From Mobula hypostoma (Eukaryota): DNA of 64,000 nt. This document shows positions 25,070-37,885 of the stretch, one piece after another (within the stretch, counting starts at the first letter, position 1; every line of letters begins with the position of its first letter). The stretch spans positions 238,330,001 to 238,394,000 of the forward strand of contig NC_086097.1 of NCBI RefSeq assembly GCF_963921235.1, in the 5' to 3' direction. The notes below the pieces were generated by a model, which ran no database searches, had not been told where the DNA came from, and was given only the letters and a program-made list of their open reading frames with translations. The position numbers were made by a program, and so were the translations under genes.

Positions 25070-26225
25070 GAAGGCCTTTGACAAGGTGCCACACGAGGCT
25101 GCTTAACGAGATAAGAGCCCATGGAATTATGGGAAAGTTACATACGTGGATAGAGTGTTGGCTGATTGGCAGGAAACAGAGAGTGGGAATAAAGGGATCC
25201 TATTTTGATTGGCTGCCGGTTACCAGTGGTGTTCCACAGGGGTCCGTGTTGGGGCCACTTCTTTTTACGTTGTACATCAACGATTTGGATTATGGAATAG
25301 ATGGCTTTGTGGCTAAGTTTGCTGATGATACAAAGGTAGGTAGTGCTGAGGAAACAGAGAGTCTCCAGAGAGACTTGGATAGATTGGGAGAATAGGCAAA
25401 GAAGTGAAATACAGTGTTGGAAAGTGTATGGTTATGCACTTTGGCAGAAGAAATAAACGGGCAGACTATTATTTAAATGGGGGGAGAATTCAAAGTTCTG
25501 AGATGCAACGGGGTTTGGGAGTCCTCGTGCAGGATACACTTAAGGTTAACCTTCAGGTTGAGTTGGTGGTGAAGAAGGCGAATGCAATGTTGGCATTCAT
25601 TTCTGGAGGAATAGAGTATAGGAGCAGGGATGTGATGTTGAGGCTCTATAAGGCGCTGGTGAGACCTCACTTGGAGTACTGTGGGCAGTTTCGGGCTCCT
25701 TATTTAAGAAAGGATGTGCTGACGTTGGTGAGGGTTCAGAGAAGATTCACTAGAATGATGCTGGGAATGAGAAGGTTAACATATGAGGAACGTTTGTTCG
25801 CTCTAAGACAGTATTCCTCGGAGTTTAGAAGAATGAGGGGGGCCTCATAGAAACACTTCGAATGTTGAAAGGCATGGACAGAGTGGATGTGGCAAAATTA
25901 TTTCCCCATGGTGGGGGAGTCTAGTATGAGAGGGCATGACTTAAGGATTGAAGGGCACCCATTCAGAACAGAGATGCGAGGAAATTTTTTTTAGCCAGAG
26001 GGTGGTGAATCTGTGGAATTTGTTGCCACGGGTAGCAGTGGAGGCCAAGTCATTGGGTGTACTTGGGGCAGAGATTGATAGGTATCTGAGTAGCCAGGGC
26101 ATCAAGGGTTATGGTGAGAAGACAGGGGAGTGGGACTAAATGGGAGAATGGATCAGCTCATGATAAAATGGCGGAGCAGACTCGATGGGCTGAATAGCCA
26201 ACTTCTGCTCCTTTGTCTTATGGAA
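25070..26225 (+). mobile_element. CR1 LINE 3' fragment
   Basis: [43 protein letters not shown], followed by the 3' UTR. Confidence 0.92.
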
Positions 26226-28099
26226 TTAAATATGTTTAGATGTCTTGCTTTGCCTCATCCTCTTAGGTGGTATTGTTCCCTTCATTTTGCTGATAGATGG
26301 ATTATAGCTTTGCTTACAGTTAATAGCTGAGAGCGCTGGTGATTGAATGCACAGTAGTGTTTCCCTTTTGCTAAGGTCAATACTAATCTATAACAGTGTT
26401 GGGAAGTTCCTTTTGTAAATTATAAACTGATTATGTATTGTGTTCTTCTCAGAGAAAAACAGCAACACTTATCCATCTGCTTTTACTGAAAGGTATGAGC
26501 CAGAAATTCAAGTAACACGGCTGACATTGCCTAATGGTATGAGGTATAGATCTCAATTTGCACTAGCTGCTTGATGGACCGTTTACTCATGGGATATTGT
26601 TTGAAACACAGATTTCTAAGCAAGAAAGCATCACATGATGCAATGTAAACATACTTATCTTGTGTTGTTTCACTGCAGCTGTTGGGCATGCAGTGAAAAG
26701 TTTAAAACAAATTACATTTCAACTGAGAGTTATTAATTTTTATTTAGTTATAGGGAGCGTGAAACAGGCCTTTCTGGCCCAAGGAGCTGCACCATCAAGA
26801 AACCCACCTACTTAACACTAGTCCAATCACAGGGCAATTTACAATGGCTAATTAATCTAATAACTGCTATGTCTCTGGACTGTGGAAGGAAACCAGGGTT
26901 CACGGGGAGAATGTACAGACTCCTTACAGAGTTGAACTCCGGAACACACAATGCTATACTGGTGCCACACTAACTACTATGCTGCCAAGGCATCCTCAGA
27001 AATCAATGTAAATGCTGAGGAAATATAATTTTCCTTAATGTTCTCTTCTCTTTACCACTGGGACGGAGGTACAGGAGCCTTAGATCCCACTCTACTTGGT
27101 AAACTGACTCCACAACCTATGGACTCACTTATATGGACTCTACAAATCATGTTCCCAGTATTATTTATCTACTTATTTTTTTTATTTGTACATTTTGTCT
27201 TATTTTTTGCACATTGCTTGTTTATCAGTCTTTGCGTTTAATTTTTCATTGATTCTATTAAATTTCTCTGTACTACTGTGAATGCCAGCAAGAGAACAAA
27301 TCTCAAGGTCATATATGGTGACATATTCATACTTCGATAATAAATTCTTTGAATTTACAAGATTTTCACCAGTTTTAGAGCTTTGACATTAATGGGAATT
27401 ATTATTTCAAATCAGCAAAGAATTCTCCATCCAAATTAATGTGCATTCTTCCCCAGTTGAGAAATTGGAACAAGTTTTGTTATTTGAGGCAGATAACACA
27501 CCAGCACTCAAAGTGCAAACAGTACATTGGTACTGATGAGGAAAGCACACAAGCTTTTAATGAATTCAAATATGTTTTTCAGTTCGGCAACAGCAAAGTT
27601 GTTTGGAGAAATCCTACCTCAAAGAAAAGCCCTTCAACTATATTCTTGTTCTCTACCTGGGAAATGTTAAAAAGTGAGAGACTTCATTTTTACAATGCTG
27701 AAGGAGATTGGTGCAATTAATGGCATCAAATGCTGCAGACAGTTCAAGAAAAATGAGGGGAAGAATGACTTTGTGGCTATACTTGCTGAGTTAGACTGTT
27801 TCCATATATAAATATAAATACAAGTTAATTCATTAATGGGCAATTTATTTTAAAGAGGCTTCATTTTGATTCTAACAGCTGGTTAGGAATAAAAGCTGTT
27901 TCCATATGGTTACTTCAACAACTATCTGTGCTGTTACCATGTGCTCTGTTCACTAGTGATTTAATATGAACTCTCATTTTCACACAGTATCACTGAATTC
28001 AGGATCTGCCAGTAGTACAGCAAGCTGTCTGACACCAAATGGGAACTTGCTTCATCTTCAGGCAGGGTGAGTGAACAGAAGCCAGGCTTGGCAAATCAA

Positions 28100-28770
28100 A
28101 CTGCTGATTAAAACCGAAATGTTGTTTTAACAGACAGACAGACTCACACACACACACCACAAAATGCTGGAGAAGCACAGTATGCAGCATCTGTGGAAAT
28201 AGATAAAATTGATGCTTTGGGCTGAAACCCTTCTTTGGAACTAGAAAGGAAGGGAGAAGATGCCAGAATAAAAAGTGTGGGGGGAAGAGAGGGGAAGGAC
28301 ATTAGCTACAAGGTGACAGGTGAAGCCAGGTAGGTGGGAAAGATAAAGGGCTGAAGGGGAAGGAATCTGATAGGAGAGGAGAGTGGACCATAGGAGAAAG
28401 GGAAGGAGGAGGGGTGCTGATAGGCAGGTGAGACAAGGTAAGAAGCCAGAGTGGGGAATTAAAGAAGAGGGAAGAGGGAAGGGGGAGGGAAATAATTTTT
28501 ACTGAAAGAAGAAATCGATGTTCATATTATTAGACATGTGGCTACTCAGATGGAATATAAGGCGTTGCTTCTCCACCCTGAGAGTGGCATCATTGTGGCA
28601 AAGAGGAGGCCATGGACCCGCATGTCAGAAAGGAAATGGGAATAAGAATTTAAATGGTTGCCCAGCAGGAAATTCCACTTTTGGCAGATGGAGCAGAGGT
28701 GCTCGACAAAGCAGTCCCCCAATTTACAATGGCTCTCACCAATGCAGAAGAGGCTGCATTGGGAACCCTG
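28100..28770 (-). mobile_element. Decayed Penelope-like 3' fragment (GIY-YIG end + pseudo-LTR)
   Basis: Minus-strand LFCIGESHCKLGDCFVEHLCSICQ resembles YIGETRCRLGDRFAEHLRSVRQ of the 55-57 kb element, followed by a pyrimidine-rich pLTR. Confidence 0.7.
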
Positions 28771-30009
28771 GGTAAGAGAAGTATTGCTGACATTATGAAT
28801 ATTGATACTTACCATGCAAGCACACTGGTTTATCAGTAGCTTTTGTGGCTTGAAAGCATTTACTCAAATTATGACTGATCAAATAACAAATTCCTCTGTA
28901 TTTGTTTTCAGTATGCATACTTGTCCTTCTTCATGGATTTTCTGTCTTTTTTGATCTGGTTCCAAGTTTTTTTCTCTCTCCACCTCTTTTATCCACCGAG
29001 GTGGTGGGGGCTGGGCATAAGAGTATATCAAAGCGACAGTGCCTGGTTTGTGCATTTCAGCGCTGAGCCTGACTGAGAAGTTCAGGGCGCTGGGGCCAGA
29101 AGCAAGGCATGGGCCGGTATTGAGCTCACTGCTCCGCAAGGCTTACTTGTCTCTGCATTGAACCGAGGTTGTGGCTTGCAACTAATGGAGTCCTGCAGTG
29201 GCTGTGGACTCACTTCAGTGTGCTTTTATTGTTTGCACAATCCGTATTTTTTGTCTGCACATTGAGTGTTTGACTGTCTTTATTTTAAATGGGTTCTATT
29301 GTGTTTCATCATTTTATGGCTGCCTGTAAGGAGGCATATCTCAAAGTTTGATAATAAATGTACTTTGAAGTTTGACTCAATACTTCATTGATAATAGGAG
29401 TTGTGGTAGCATGATGGTATTGTGATAAGCACAACACTTCACAGCACCAAAAGTAAGACTGGGGTTCGCTCTCTGCCAGGAGTTTGTACATTCTCCCCGT
29501 GACCTCGTGTGTTTCTGCCAGATGCTCTAGTTTGTTTCATATTCCAAAGACGTACAGATAGGGTTAGGGTTAGTAAGTTGCCGACATACTATTGTGGCAT
29601 TGGAACACTTGTGGGCTGCCCTGCAAAATCACCGCTGTATACAAAATGACACATTTCAATGTACACCTGAAAAATAAAGCTAATCTTTAGTCTCTATTGG
29701 ACATACTCAGTTTGTGGCAGGGTGGGAAGTGTGGATGGATGTGATGGCAACAAGTTCTAGATGGAACAATACGAATTCAACAACTGGGCTTTCCAGAGAA
29801 GCATATAAAACAATAAATTTTAGAAACTTTTGAGTAAATACGATATTAGGACAAACATTTTCAAGACGCATGTAATACCCCTGGTTTGATACCACACTTT
29901 ATTTTATTAAAACAGTTATACTGTTGGGTATTTTATTTTCTGCAAAATAAAATGCAATGTGTTCCTTTAATTACATTATACAAACGAGTAATTCAGTTGA
30001 TTGATAAGT

Positions 30010-30795
30010 CAGGCTGTTGAATGGGAAGTAGAATTAAAATAGGTTGCCACTGTGAGATCCTGCATCTTATGGCAGACAGAGCGTAGGTCCCTTGTGAAGC
30101 GGTCTCCCGATCTGAGTTGGGTCCCACCGATATACAGGAGGCCGCACCAGGGGCGCCGGATGCAGTCTATGACCCTAACAGACTCGCAGGTGAAGTGTCG
30201 CCTCACTTGGAAAGACTGTTTGGGGCCCTGACTGGTAGTGAGGGAGGAGGTGTAGTGGCAGGTGTAGCACTTGTTCCACTTGCAAGGATAAGTGCCAGGA
30301 GGGAGATCAGTGGGGGTGGATGAATGGACAAGGGAGTCATGTAGGGAGCGATCCCTGCAGAAAGCAGAAAGTTGAGGGGGGTGGGGGAGGTAAAGGTGTT
30401 CTTGGTGCTGGGATCCCATTAGAGATGGCGGAAGCCTCATCTCCTTGCCTGCCCATCACCTCCCTCTGGTGCTCCTCTCCCCTTTTCTTTCTTCCATAGT
30501 CTTCTGTCTTCTATCAGATTCCCTCTTCTCCAACCTTGCATCTCTTTAACCAATCAACCTGCCAGCTCTTTACTTCATCCCTTCCCCTCCTGGTTTCACC
30601 GATCACCTTGTTTCTCTCTCTCTTCCTCCCACCTTTTAAATCTACTCCTCTTTTTTTCTCCTTTCCTGCTGAAGGGTCTCGGCCAGAAATGTCGACTGTA
30701 CTTTTTCCCCTATAGATGCTGCCTTACCTGCTGAGGTCCTCCAGCATTATGTGTGTGTGTTGCTTGGATTTCCAGCATCTGCAGATTTACTCATT
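30010..30795. mobile_element. Penelope-like fragments in inverted arrangement (ORF end on -, pseudo-LTR on +)
   Basis: ORF 30009-30440(-) contains PGTYPCKWNKCYTC..VIDCIRRPWCGLLYIGGT. 30437-30795(+) matches the pLTR, with a decayed hammerhead at ~30664-30698. Confidence 0.8.
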
Positions 30796-31039
30796 TGTAA
30801 TTGGAATACCAGGGGGCATCATTTTAAGGTGACTGGAGGAAAGTACAGGGGAGATGTCAGAGTTAAACCTTTTTTAAAAAATGTACACAGAGAGTGGTGT
30901 ATGAAACACCCTACCAAGGGTGGTGCTGGAGTCAGGTACATCAGGGACTTAAAAAAAAACTCAGATGGCAAATGGATTATCAAAAAAAAAGGGCAACATT
31001 GGAAAGAAGGTTTAGATTGATCTGTCAACATAAATTCCA

Positions 31040-31390
31040 CCCTCTGACTTTACTTCTTCTCACCTGCCTATTACTTCCTCCTGGGTTCTCTCCCCCTTCC
31101 CTTCCTCCTATTGTCCACTCTCCTCTCCGATCAGGTTTGTTCTTCTCCAGCCCTTGACCTTTCCCACCCACTGGCTTTACCCATCACCTTCCAGCTGGCC
31201 TCTTTCCCGTCCCTCATCTTCTAATTCAGGCATCTTGACCCTTCACTCTCAGTCCTGAAGAAGGGTCTTGTCACAAAACGTCGACTGTTGATTCATTTCC
31301 ATAGATGCTGCTTGACCTGCTAAGTTCCTCCAGCATTTTGTGTGTGTGTTGCTTTGGATTTCCAGTATTCGCAGGTTTTTTTGTGTTTAG
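31040..31390 (+). mobile_element. Penelope pseudo-LTR fragment with decayed hammerhead (~31250-31288)
   Basis: cagtcCTGAAGAagggtcttgtcacaAAAcgtcgactg followed by the conserved gatgctg..cctgct..gttcctccagc tail. Confidence 0.7.
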
Positions 31391-32688
31391 GTTGATCTTG
31401 GAATAGGTTAAAAGGTCAGCACAGCATTGTGGGCTAAAGGGCCTGTACTTTGCTATGAATTTTCTATGCTCTGTGTTCTAAAGAAAAGCATTGCAAAAAT
31501 AAGGGTAACCTCATACTTCCTACAATCGCATGAAACAGATTTAACCTTTTGTCATGGTTTATTAGTTCAAAATGAAATTCAAAAATTCACACAAAAATGA
31601 AAAGTCAAAAATGCATGCCCACTGACAGATAGCAAATCTGGTGCTAAACGATGTCATATGCTTTCAAAATTGCAGCTTTTTAAAAAAAATCTCCTGAAGG
31701 TCATTTCCTAAGTAGACTTTTGAGAGCTAGCACTGATATTACCACTATCTTCTGACCTGCATGTCAAATATCTTCTTGGCAGAAAATTGAAGTTATGGGA
31801 TAAAACCAGGTCTAGTTATCATTCTTATTAATTTCACAAAGCAAAACAATTGTGTGAAAAAAATAACACAGGCCAATTATGTAATTATTCCCTTTGACTA
31901 AATAATTTTGTTTATTATGAGGGTATGATTAACAAATTTCATTTACATTTTATGAAACAATTGTTTTGCAAATCCGTTATTATAATTATGTTCAAATAGT
32001 GTAAGCAGCCTTAGCAGGCTTAACATTGTCCCCAAATGTCTTAGCAACATCAAATGATCTGACAATTAAGAGCACCCAAACAGTGTAATAGCAGCAGACA
32101 AAGCTTCTTATTTTAAAACTACAAATGAAGTGAATGTTTTGAAGAGCACTACAGCTACATATGATGGTTTGGAATTTTTGGTCACCAATGAACTAATGGT
32201 ACTTATTGCCAATATCAAAGAAAGTTGCCCACAAAGCTGCGTGCCAAGAAATTATTCTGCAACTGAGAAGACGTTTTAGAGATTGAGTGTATGATGAGCT
32301 AAAACTTTTGGCAAAATTCCATAAAGCCAAAGCATCTTTCTTCTGCTCACTCTATCCTTTGTTTGGAAAAGTAGTGCCTGGTTCCCAGAGAGAATCACAG
32401 CATAAAATAAGCTTTGAAACTTACATGGGCTGGGTCCTGCTCAGCAGGAACCCTTTAATCTTCAGCAAAGCAGGCCTCGCCATCAAAACACTGAGCACGT
32501 TCCCATTCACTGTATGTGGTGGCTACTCGAACACTGCTAGAGGCCAAGCATGGGGAGTTATCCAGTGTGACATGCCTTCTGATCCAATCCAATAAGGTTC
32601 AAAGTTGAAGAAATGTATTTGATTCTTTATTAAAGAACTCGCAAAACAATCTTGAAGGACAAAACTAATGAAAATAAAACTAGAGACT

Positions 32689-32905
32689 AGAATCTGTGGA
32701 ATTCTCTGCCACAGGAAACAGTTGAGGCCAGTTCATTGGCTATATTTAAGAGGGAGTTAGATATGGCCCTTGTGGCTAAAGGGATCAGGGGGCAGGTACA
32801 GGGTTCTGAGATGGATGATCAGCCATGATCATACTGAATGGTGGTGCAGGCTCGAAGGGCCAAATGGCCTACTCCTGCAACTATTTTCTATGCTTCTTTG
32901 TTTCT
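32689..32905 (+). mobile_element. Young CR1 3' end
   Basis: Reverse complement of 36405-36630 with a small internal deletion. Confidence 0.85.
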
Positions 32906-33289
32906 AAATGAAGCTGAGCAGTTAGCAAAAAGATATCACACCCGCCTGTCTCTGACTAACCCCAACCAAAAAACTAAAGTCAAAGCATGAACACGCTGCT
33001 AAACTCTTAGCATTTACCACACTGTCACCCATGTGAGTAACTACCATAATAAACAGGCAACACCAAATACAATGCAGATAGAAAACAGACAAATGGCTCC
33101 TAGACCGTCTCTAACCACGCTGTACAAGTGAATTGTGTGCAAATAATGTATCTGCTTGAGGTGAAAGAATCATAACTTAGTTACCCAATTGCATTCAATG
33201 ACAAGTTACCTAATAAATTTTTATCATGGATTGCACATAAATGTGGTGTTGCACAAATAGAATGTCTGAACTCTAGAGTTAATTGACAC

Positions 33290-34745
33290 AGATGAGAACT
33301 AGAGGTCAGAGGTTAAGGGTGAAGTATTTTAGGGGAGCCTGAGGGGGAGCTTCTTCAGAGGGTCATGCGAGTGTGGAATGAGCTGCCAGAAGACACGATG
33401 GATGTGGGTTTGATTGCTACATTTAAGAGAATTTTGGATACGTACATGGATGACAGGGGTATGGAGGTGTGGGTTGGCAAGACCAGGTCGAATAATATTC
33501 CGACAAAGATGAGTTAGGGGTAAAGGACTGGTTTTCGTGTTGTAGTGCTAATACTTTATGCGCTCATCAAGGATTCATGCTTAGCCTATTGCTCCAACCT
33601 CTCTACATGCAGGACTGTGTGGCTGCAATGCTACTGCAAAGCAACACATTTCACAATGTAGACAGTGATAACAGACCTAATTCTCATTTTTAGGGTGTGA
33701 ACTCTTCAATGTCACTTGCTATCCAAGCTGCAGCTGTGATGTCAGAATGAGAATCGGAATCACTTTATTGCCAATATGTGAAACACACCAGGATTGATTG
33801 TGGTTTGGCGCCAAGCACAGGACCATACTATAAATAGGCATCCGTTAGTCTCGTAAGACCATGGATTTGCACCTTGGAAGGTTTCCAGGGCGCAGGCCTG
33901 GGCAAGGTTGTATGGAAGACCAGCAGTTGCCTATGCTGCAAGTCTCCCCTCTCCACGACACCGATGTTGTCCAAGGGAAGGGCATTAGGACCCATACAGC
34001 TTGGCACCGGTGTCGTCGCAGAGCAATGTGTGGTAAAGTGCCTTGCTCAAGGACACACGCTGCCTCAGCCAAGGCTCGAACTAGCGACCTTCAAATCACT
34101 AGACGAACACCTTAACCACTTGGCCACATGCCAACACACCATACTATAACAGACAACACAATAGTAACCAACATAATATTGCAAGATAATAGTGTGAACA
34201 GCTATGAGCAATCCAAAATTAGAAGGATTGTCATTGGCGCAAACTTCAGTCGTAAAGTAGCCAATCTCAGTGAATAATAAGATCACAAAACCATGACATA
34301 GGAGCAGAATTAGGCCATTTGTCCCATCTCTGCTACTCCATCATGGTTGATTATTATCCCCTTCGGCCCTACTTTTCTGCCTTCTCCCTGACTAATCAAG
34401 AACCTATCAACCTTTGCTTTAAATATACCCAATCATTTGGTCTTCACAGACATCTGAGGAAATGAGTTCAGAAGATTCACTACCCACTGGTTAAAGGAAT
34501 TCCTCCTCATCTCTGTTCTAAAGGGACGTCCCTCTATTCTTAGTCTTTGCCCTCTTGTCCTAGACTCCCTCACTATAGGAAATATCCTCTTCATCTTGGC
34601 CTTTCAACATTCAATAGAATTTATTGAGATCCGCCCTCATTCTTCTAAACAACTGCGAGTACATGCAGACATCCGTCAAACACCCCTCTTGCGTCAACCC
34701 TTTCATTTTTGGGATGATCCTCGTGAACCTCCTCTGGACCCTCGT
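33290..34745. mobile_element. Old CR1 3' fragments (33290-33560 +, 34290-34745 -)
   Basis: gaactagaggtca..gtgtggaatgagctgcca; VQRRFTRIIP in ORF 34611-34808. Confidence 0.65.
33834..34137 (-). mobile_element. Full-length tRNA-headed SINE with 12-bp TSD
   Basis: Minus strand: A box tggccaagtgg, B box-like agttcgagcc, then gtgtccttgagcaaggcactt (CORE-like). TSD accatactataa at 33822-33833 and 34138-34149. Confidence 0.85.
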
Positions 34746-34888
34746 TACTTTCACCCATTGGAGAAAATAATTATTCATTAATAGAAAACAAGGGAAGGAA
34801 TTTACCATTTCAATAATGTTAATGCTTTTTATACAGCAAAAAATAAAAAGAAAACGTCTCTTTCAGCGATGTTATGACTGCATTATAA

Positions 34889-34905
34889 ACTCCCTCTGCT
34901 GGTCA
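34889..34905 (-). promoter_or_regulatory. Candidate CTCF-binding motif
   Basis: Minus strand TGACCAGCAGAGGGAGT resembles CCAGCAGAGGGCG, in a repeat-free stretch. Motif match only. Confidence 0.25.
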
Positions 34906-36404
34906 GATAATAAGAATAAAACTTCCAACAAAATGAAAGAGCCGCTCAATTGTGTGATTTGCTTTTACTCAATATTTGCAGAGAAAGAGAACAGAGTCAT
35001 TTTGCAATGAACATACAAATAAAATCGTGATTGTGAACTATTATAACTTTTTTGTATGTTAACATGTAAGCCTAACCATCTATGTCATTATGCACCAGTT
35101 CTGTGCTATTTGATGGATGTTTTTTCTCCAAATTATGATGGTTGACTTTGATCGAGCATACCAGTTGTGCACTGCTAGATTTCAATCAGTTGAAGTAGAT
35201 GTTATGTACACACACGCACACAGATAATTAAGAGGCTCCTAACTTGGGAATGACATTATACAGTCAAATGACTCAAGGTACATTTATTATCAAAGAATGT
35301 ACTTCAGATCATGGTCTTTCTTGGGGCTTTGCTATTGCTTGCTTGGTGGGAGGGGTGTACTGATAATGTTTGCTGAAGTGGGGGATGGAGAGGGTCATTG
35401 TTTTGCTGCTGCTTGTGTGTAGGAGGAAGGAATAGCGGGGGCTTTGGGGTTCGGACGTTTCTTACCGTCATTCATTCCTTGGGGCACTCTTCTGTTTTTA
35501 TGGATGTATGCGAAAGACAAGAATTTCAGGTTGTATTTTGTATATGTTCTGTGATATTAAAAGGAACTATTGAACTATTAAACTATTGAATGAAACTTTG
35601 AGATTTGTCACAAGGTTCCACAAAGGAAGAGACAAAAAAAAACTTAACAGACAAACAAAATATTAGAAGAAATTAGAGATGCTTTTCATTGATAAGGCTT
35701 GGGATCCTGATACAAACATGGCATGAGACTGAGCAGATGAAAGAGATTGCTTGACATAAGTCTGTGACCGTTTACATCTGCCACTGCTCCCAAAGACTAC
35801 AAAAATAACAAGTGTTTCCAGCTTTCATCATTTTCCTTTCCATCTCTCCAACAAATTACTGAAACATTATAGAATGTCTGGACCTGAAAAGAACTGTGGT
35901 GATCTCTGCAAGTAGCAAACATATCTTGAAATAGAAATGTGTGTGGCACTCTAGCATAGTGTGTAGCATATCATTTTACAAGTCAAGTTTATTGTCATTT
36001 AACTATATACATGTATACTGTCAAATGAGACAATGTTTCATCGAACCAGACTGTAAAGCATTGTGGTATATATAACACATCATAACTTAAAGTAATAATG
36101 AAATCTATAGATGGATTACACATAAACAAGCTAATGTGCATAAATTAAATATTGTAAGGTACAGAATAGATTAACCAGTTACACTTTGAATGCGATATGG
36201 CAGGGAGTTCAGAAGCCTAATGGGCTGAGAGAAGAAACTGTTTCCCATCCTGACCGTTCTTGTTTTTATTTATTTTTATTACAGTCTCCATGACCATGGC
36301 CCAACCTAGAGTCCATGGATCCCTTGGTTAATGGTAAAAGTCCATGTCATTACATTTGGGAACCCCTGCTCCAGGTGCTCCAATTGCCTCCCACATTCCA
36401 AAGA

Positions 36405-37056
36405 CATAGAAACATAGAAAATAGGTGCAGGAGTAGGCCATTCGGCCCTTCGAGCCTGCACCGCCATTTATTATGATCATGGCTGATCATCCAACTCAGA
36501 ACCCCGCCCCAGCCTTCCCTCCATACCCCATGACCCCCGTAGCCACAAGGGCCATATCTAACTCCCTCTTAAATATAGCCAATGAACTGGCCTCAACTGT
36601 TTCCTGTGGCAGAGAATTCCACAGATTCACCACTCTCTTTGTGAAGAAGTTTTTCCTAATCTCGGTCCTAAAAGGCTTCCCCTCTATCCTCAAACTGTGG
36701 CCCCTCGTTCTGGATTTCCCCAACATCGGGAACAATCTTCCTGCATCTAACCTGTCCAATCCCTTTAGGATCTTATACGTTTCAATCAGATCCCCCCTCA
36801 ATCTTCTAAATTCCAACGAGTACAAGCCCAGTTCATCCAGTCTTTCTTCATATGAAAGTCCTGCCATCCCAGGAATCAATCTGGTGAACCTTCTTTGTAC
36901 TCCCTCTATGGCAAGGATGTCTTTCCTCAGATTAGGGGACCAAAACTGCACACAATACTCCAGGTGTGGTCTCACCAAGGCCTTGTACAACTGCAGTAGT
37001 ACCTCCCTGCTCCTGTACTCGAATCCTCTCGCTATAAATGCCAGCATACCATTCGC
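36405..37056 (-). mobile_element. Young CR1 3' fragment inserted in a V-SINE
   Basis: Uninterrupted ORF 36496-37047 (RT C-terminus) and tail catagaaacatagaaa. SINE sequence continues on both sides. Confidence 0.95.
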
Positions 37057-37379
37057 ATACGGTATGGTTAGTAAGGTGTGGGCATGCTATGCCAGCACTG
37101 GAAGCATGGCAATACTCGTGCGCTGCATCCTGTATATCCTCAGACTGTGTTGGTCATTGACATAAAACAATGCACGTCACTGTATAGTTCGGTGTTTTGA
37201 TGTGCATGTGACAAATAAAACTAATCTTTATCTTTAAATTCATCAGCATAACTGGAATTTGATAAAACAAACCCAAAATCATTTGTAGGTGTGGATAAAG
37301 AACAATAATATTTGTCCGAAAATTTACAAAAACTACAAATACTGAAAAGTGAAAAGATAAACAGAAGATTGGAGAACAA

Positions 37380-37885
37380 CAGAGAGGGTTCAAAGGAAGT
37401 TCCTGAAAATGTTTCCAGGATTGAAAGGTTTATCATAGGGGAAGTGTTTGATGGCTCTGGGATTGTATTCACCGGAATTCAAAAGGAGGAGGGGTGGATC
37501 TCATTGAAAACCCACCAAATGTTCAACAGCCTTGATAGAGCGGATATTGAGGGTATGTTTCCTATGATGGAGTAGTCTAAAACCAGAGGACCCAGCCTAA
37601 AAATAGAGGGATGTCCATTTAGATCGGAGGCAAGGAGGAATCTCTTTAGCCTGAGAGTGGTGAATCTGTGGGATTTGTTGCCACAGGTGGCTGTGGGGAC
37701 CAACTCATTGGGTATATTTAAGGCAGAGACTGACAGATGCTTGATTAGTCAGGGAAAGAAGGGGTACGGGGAGAAGGCAGGAGATTGGGGGTGAGAGGGG
37801 AAAATAAATCCGCCACGATGAAATTATGGAGCAGACTTAAATGGGACAAATGGACTAATTCTGTTCGTATATTTTCTGGTCTTAA
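37380..37885 (+). mobile_element. Decayed CR1 3' fragment
   Basis: gagagtggtgaatctgtgggatttgttgcca followed by the CR1 3' UTR. Confidence 0.7.

Noticed and set aside
34060..34137. tRNA-like sequence on the minus strand
   Set aside because: It is the head of a TSD-flanked SINE, without a proper acceptor stem; not a tRNA gene.
36290..36368. hAT-type MITE end (ttgggaacccctg)
   Set aside because: The left TIR and TSD are too degenerate to call.
36473..37165. 230-aa plus-strand ORF (and similar ones at 2740-3312 and 19501-19782)
   Set aside because: Antisense shadow of the CR1 RT frame; it recurs wherever that LINE occurs.
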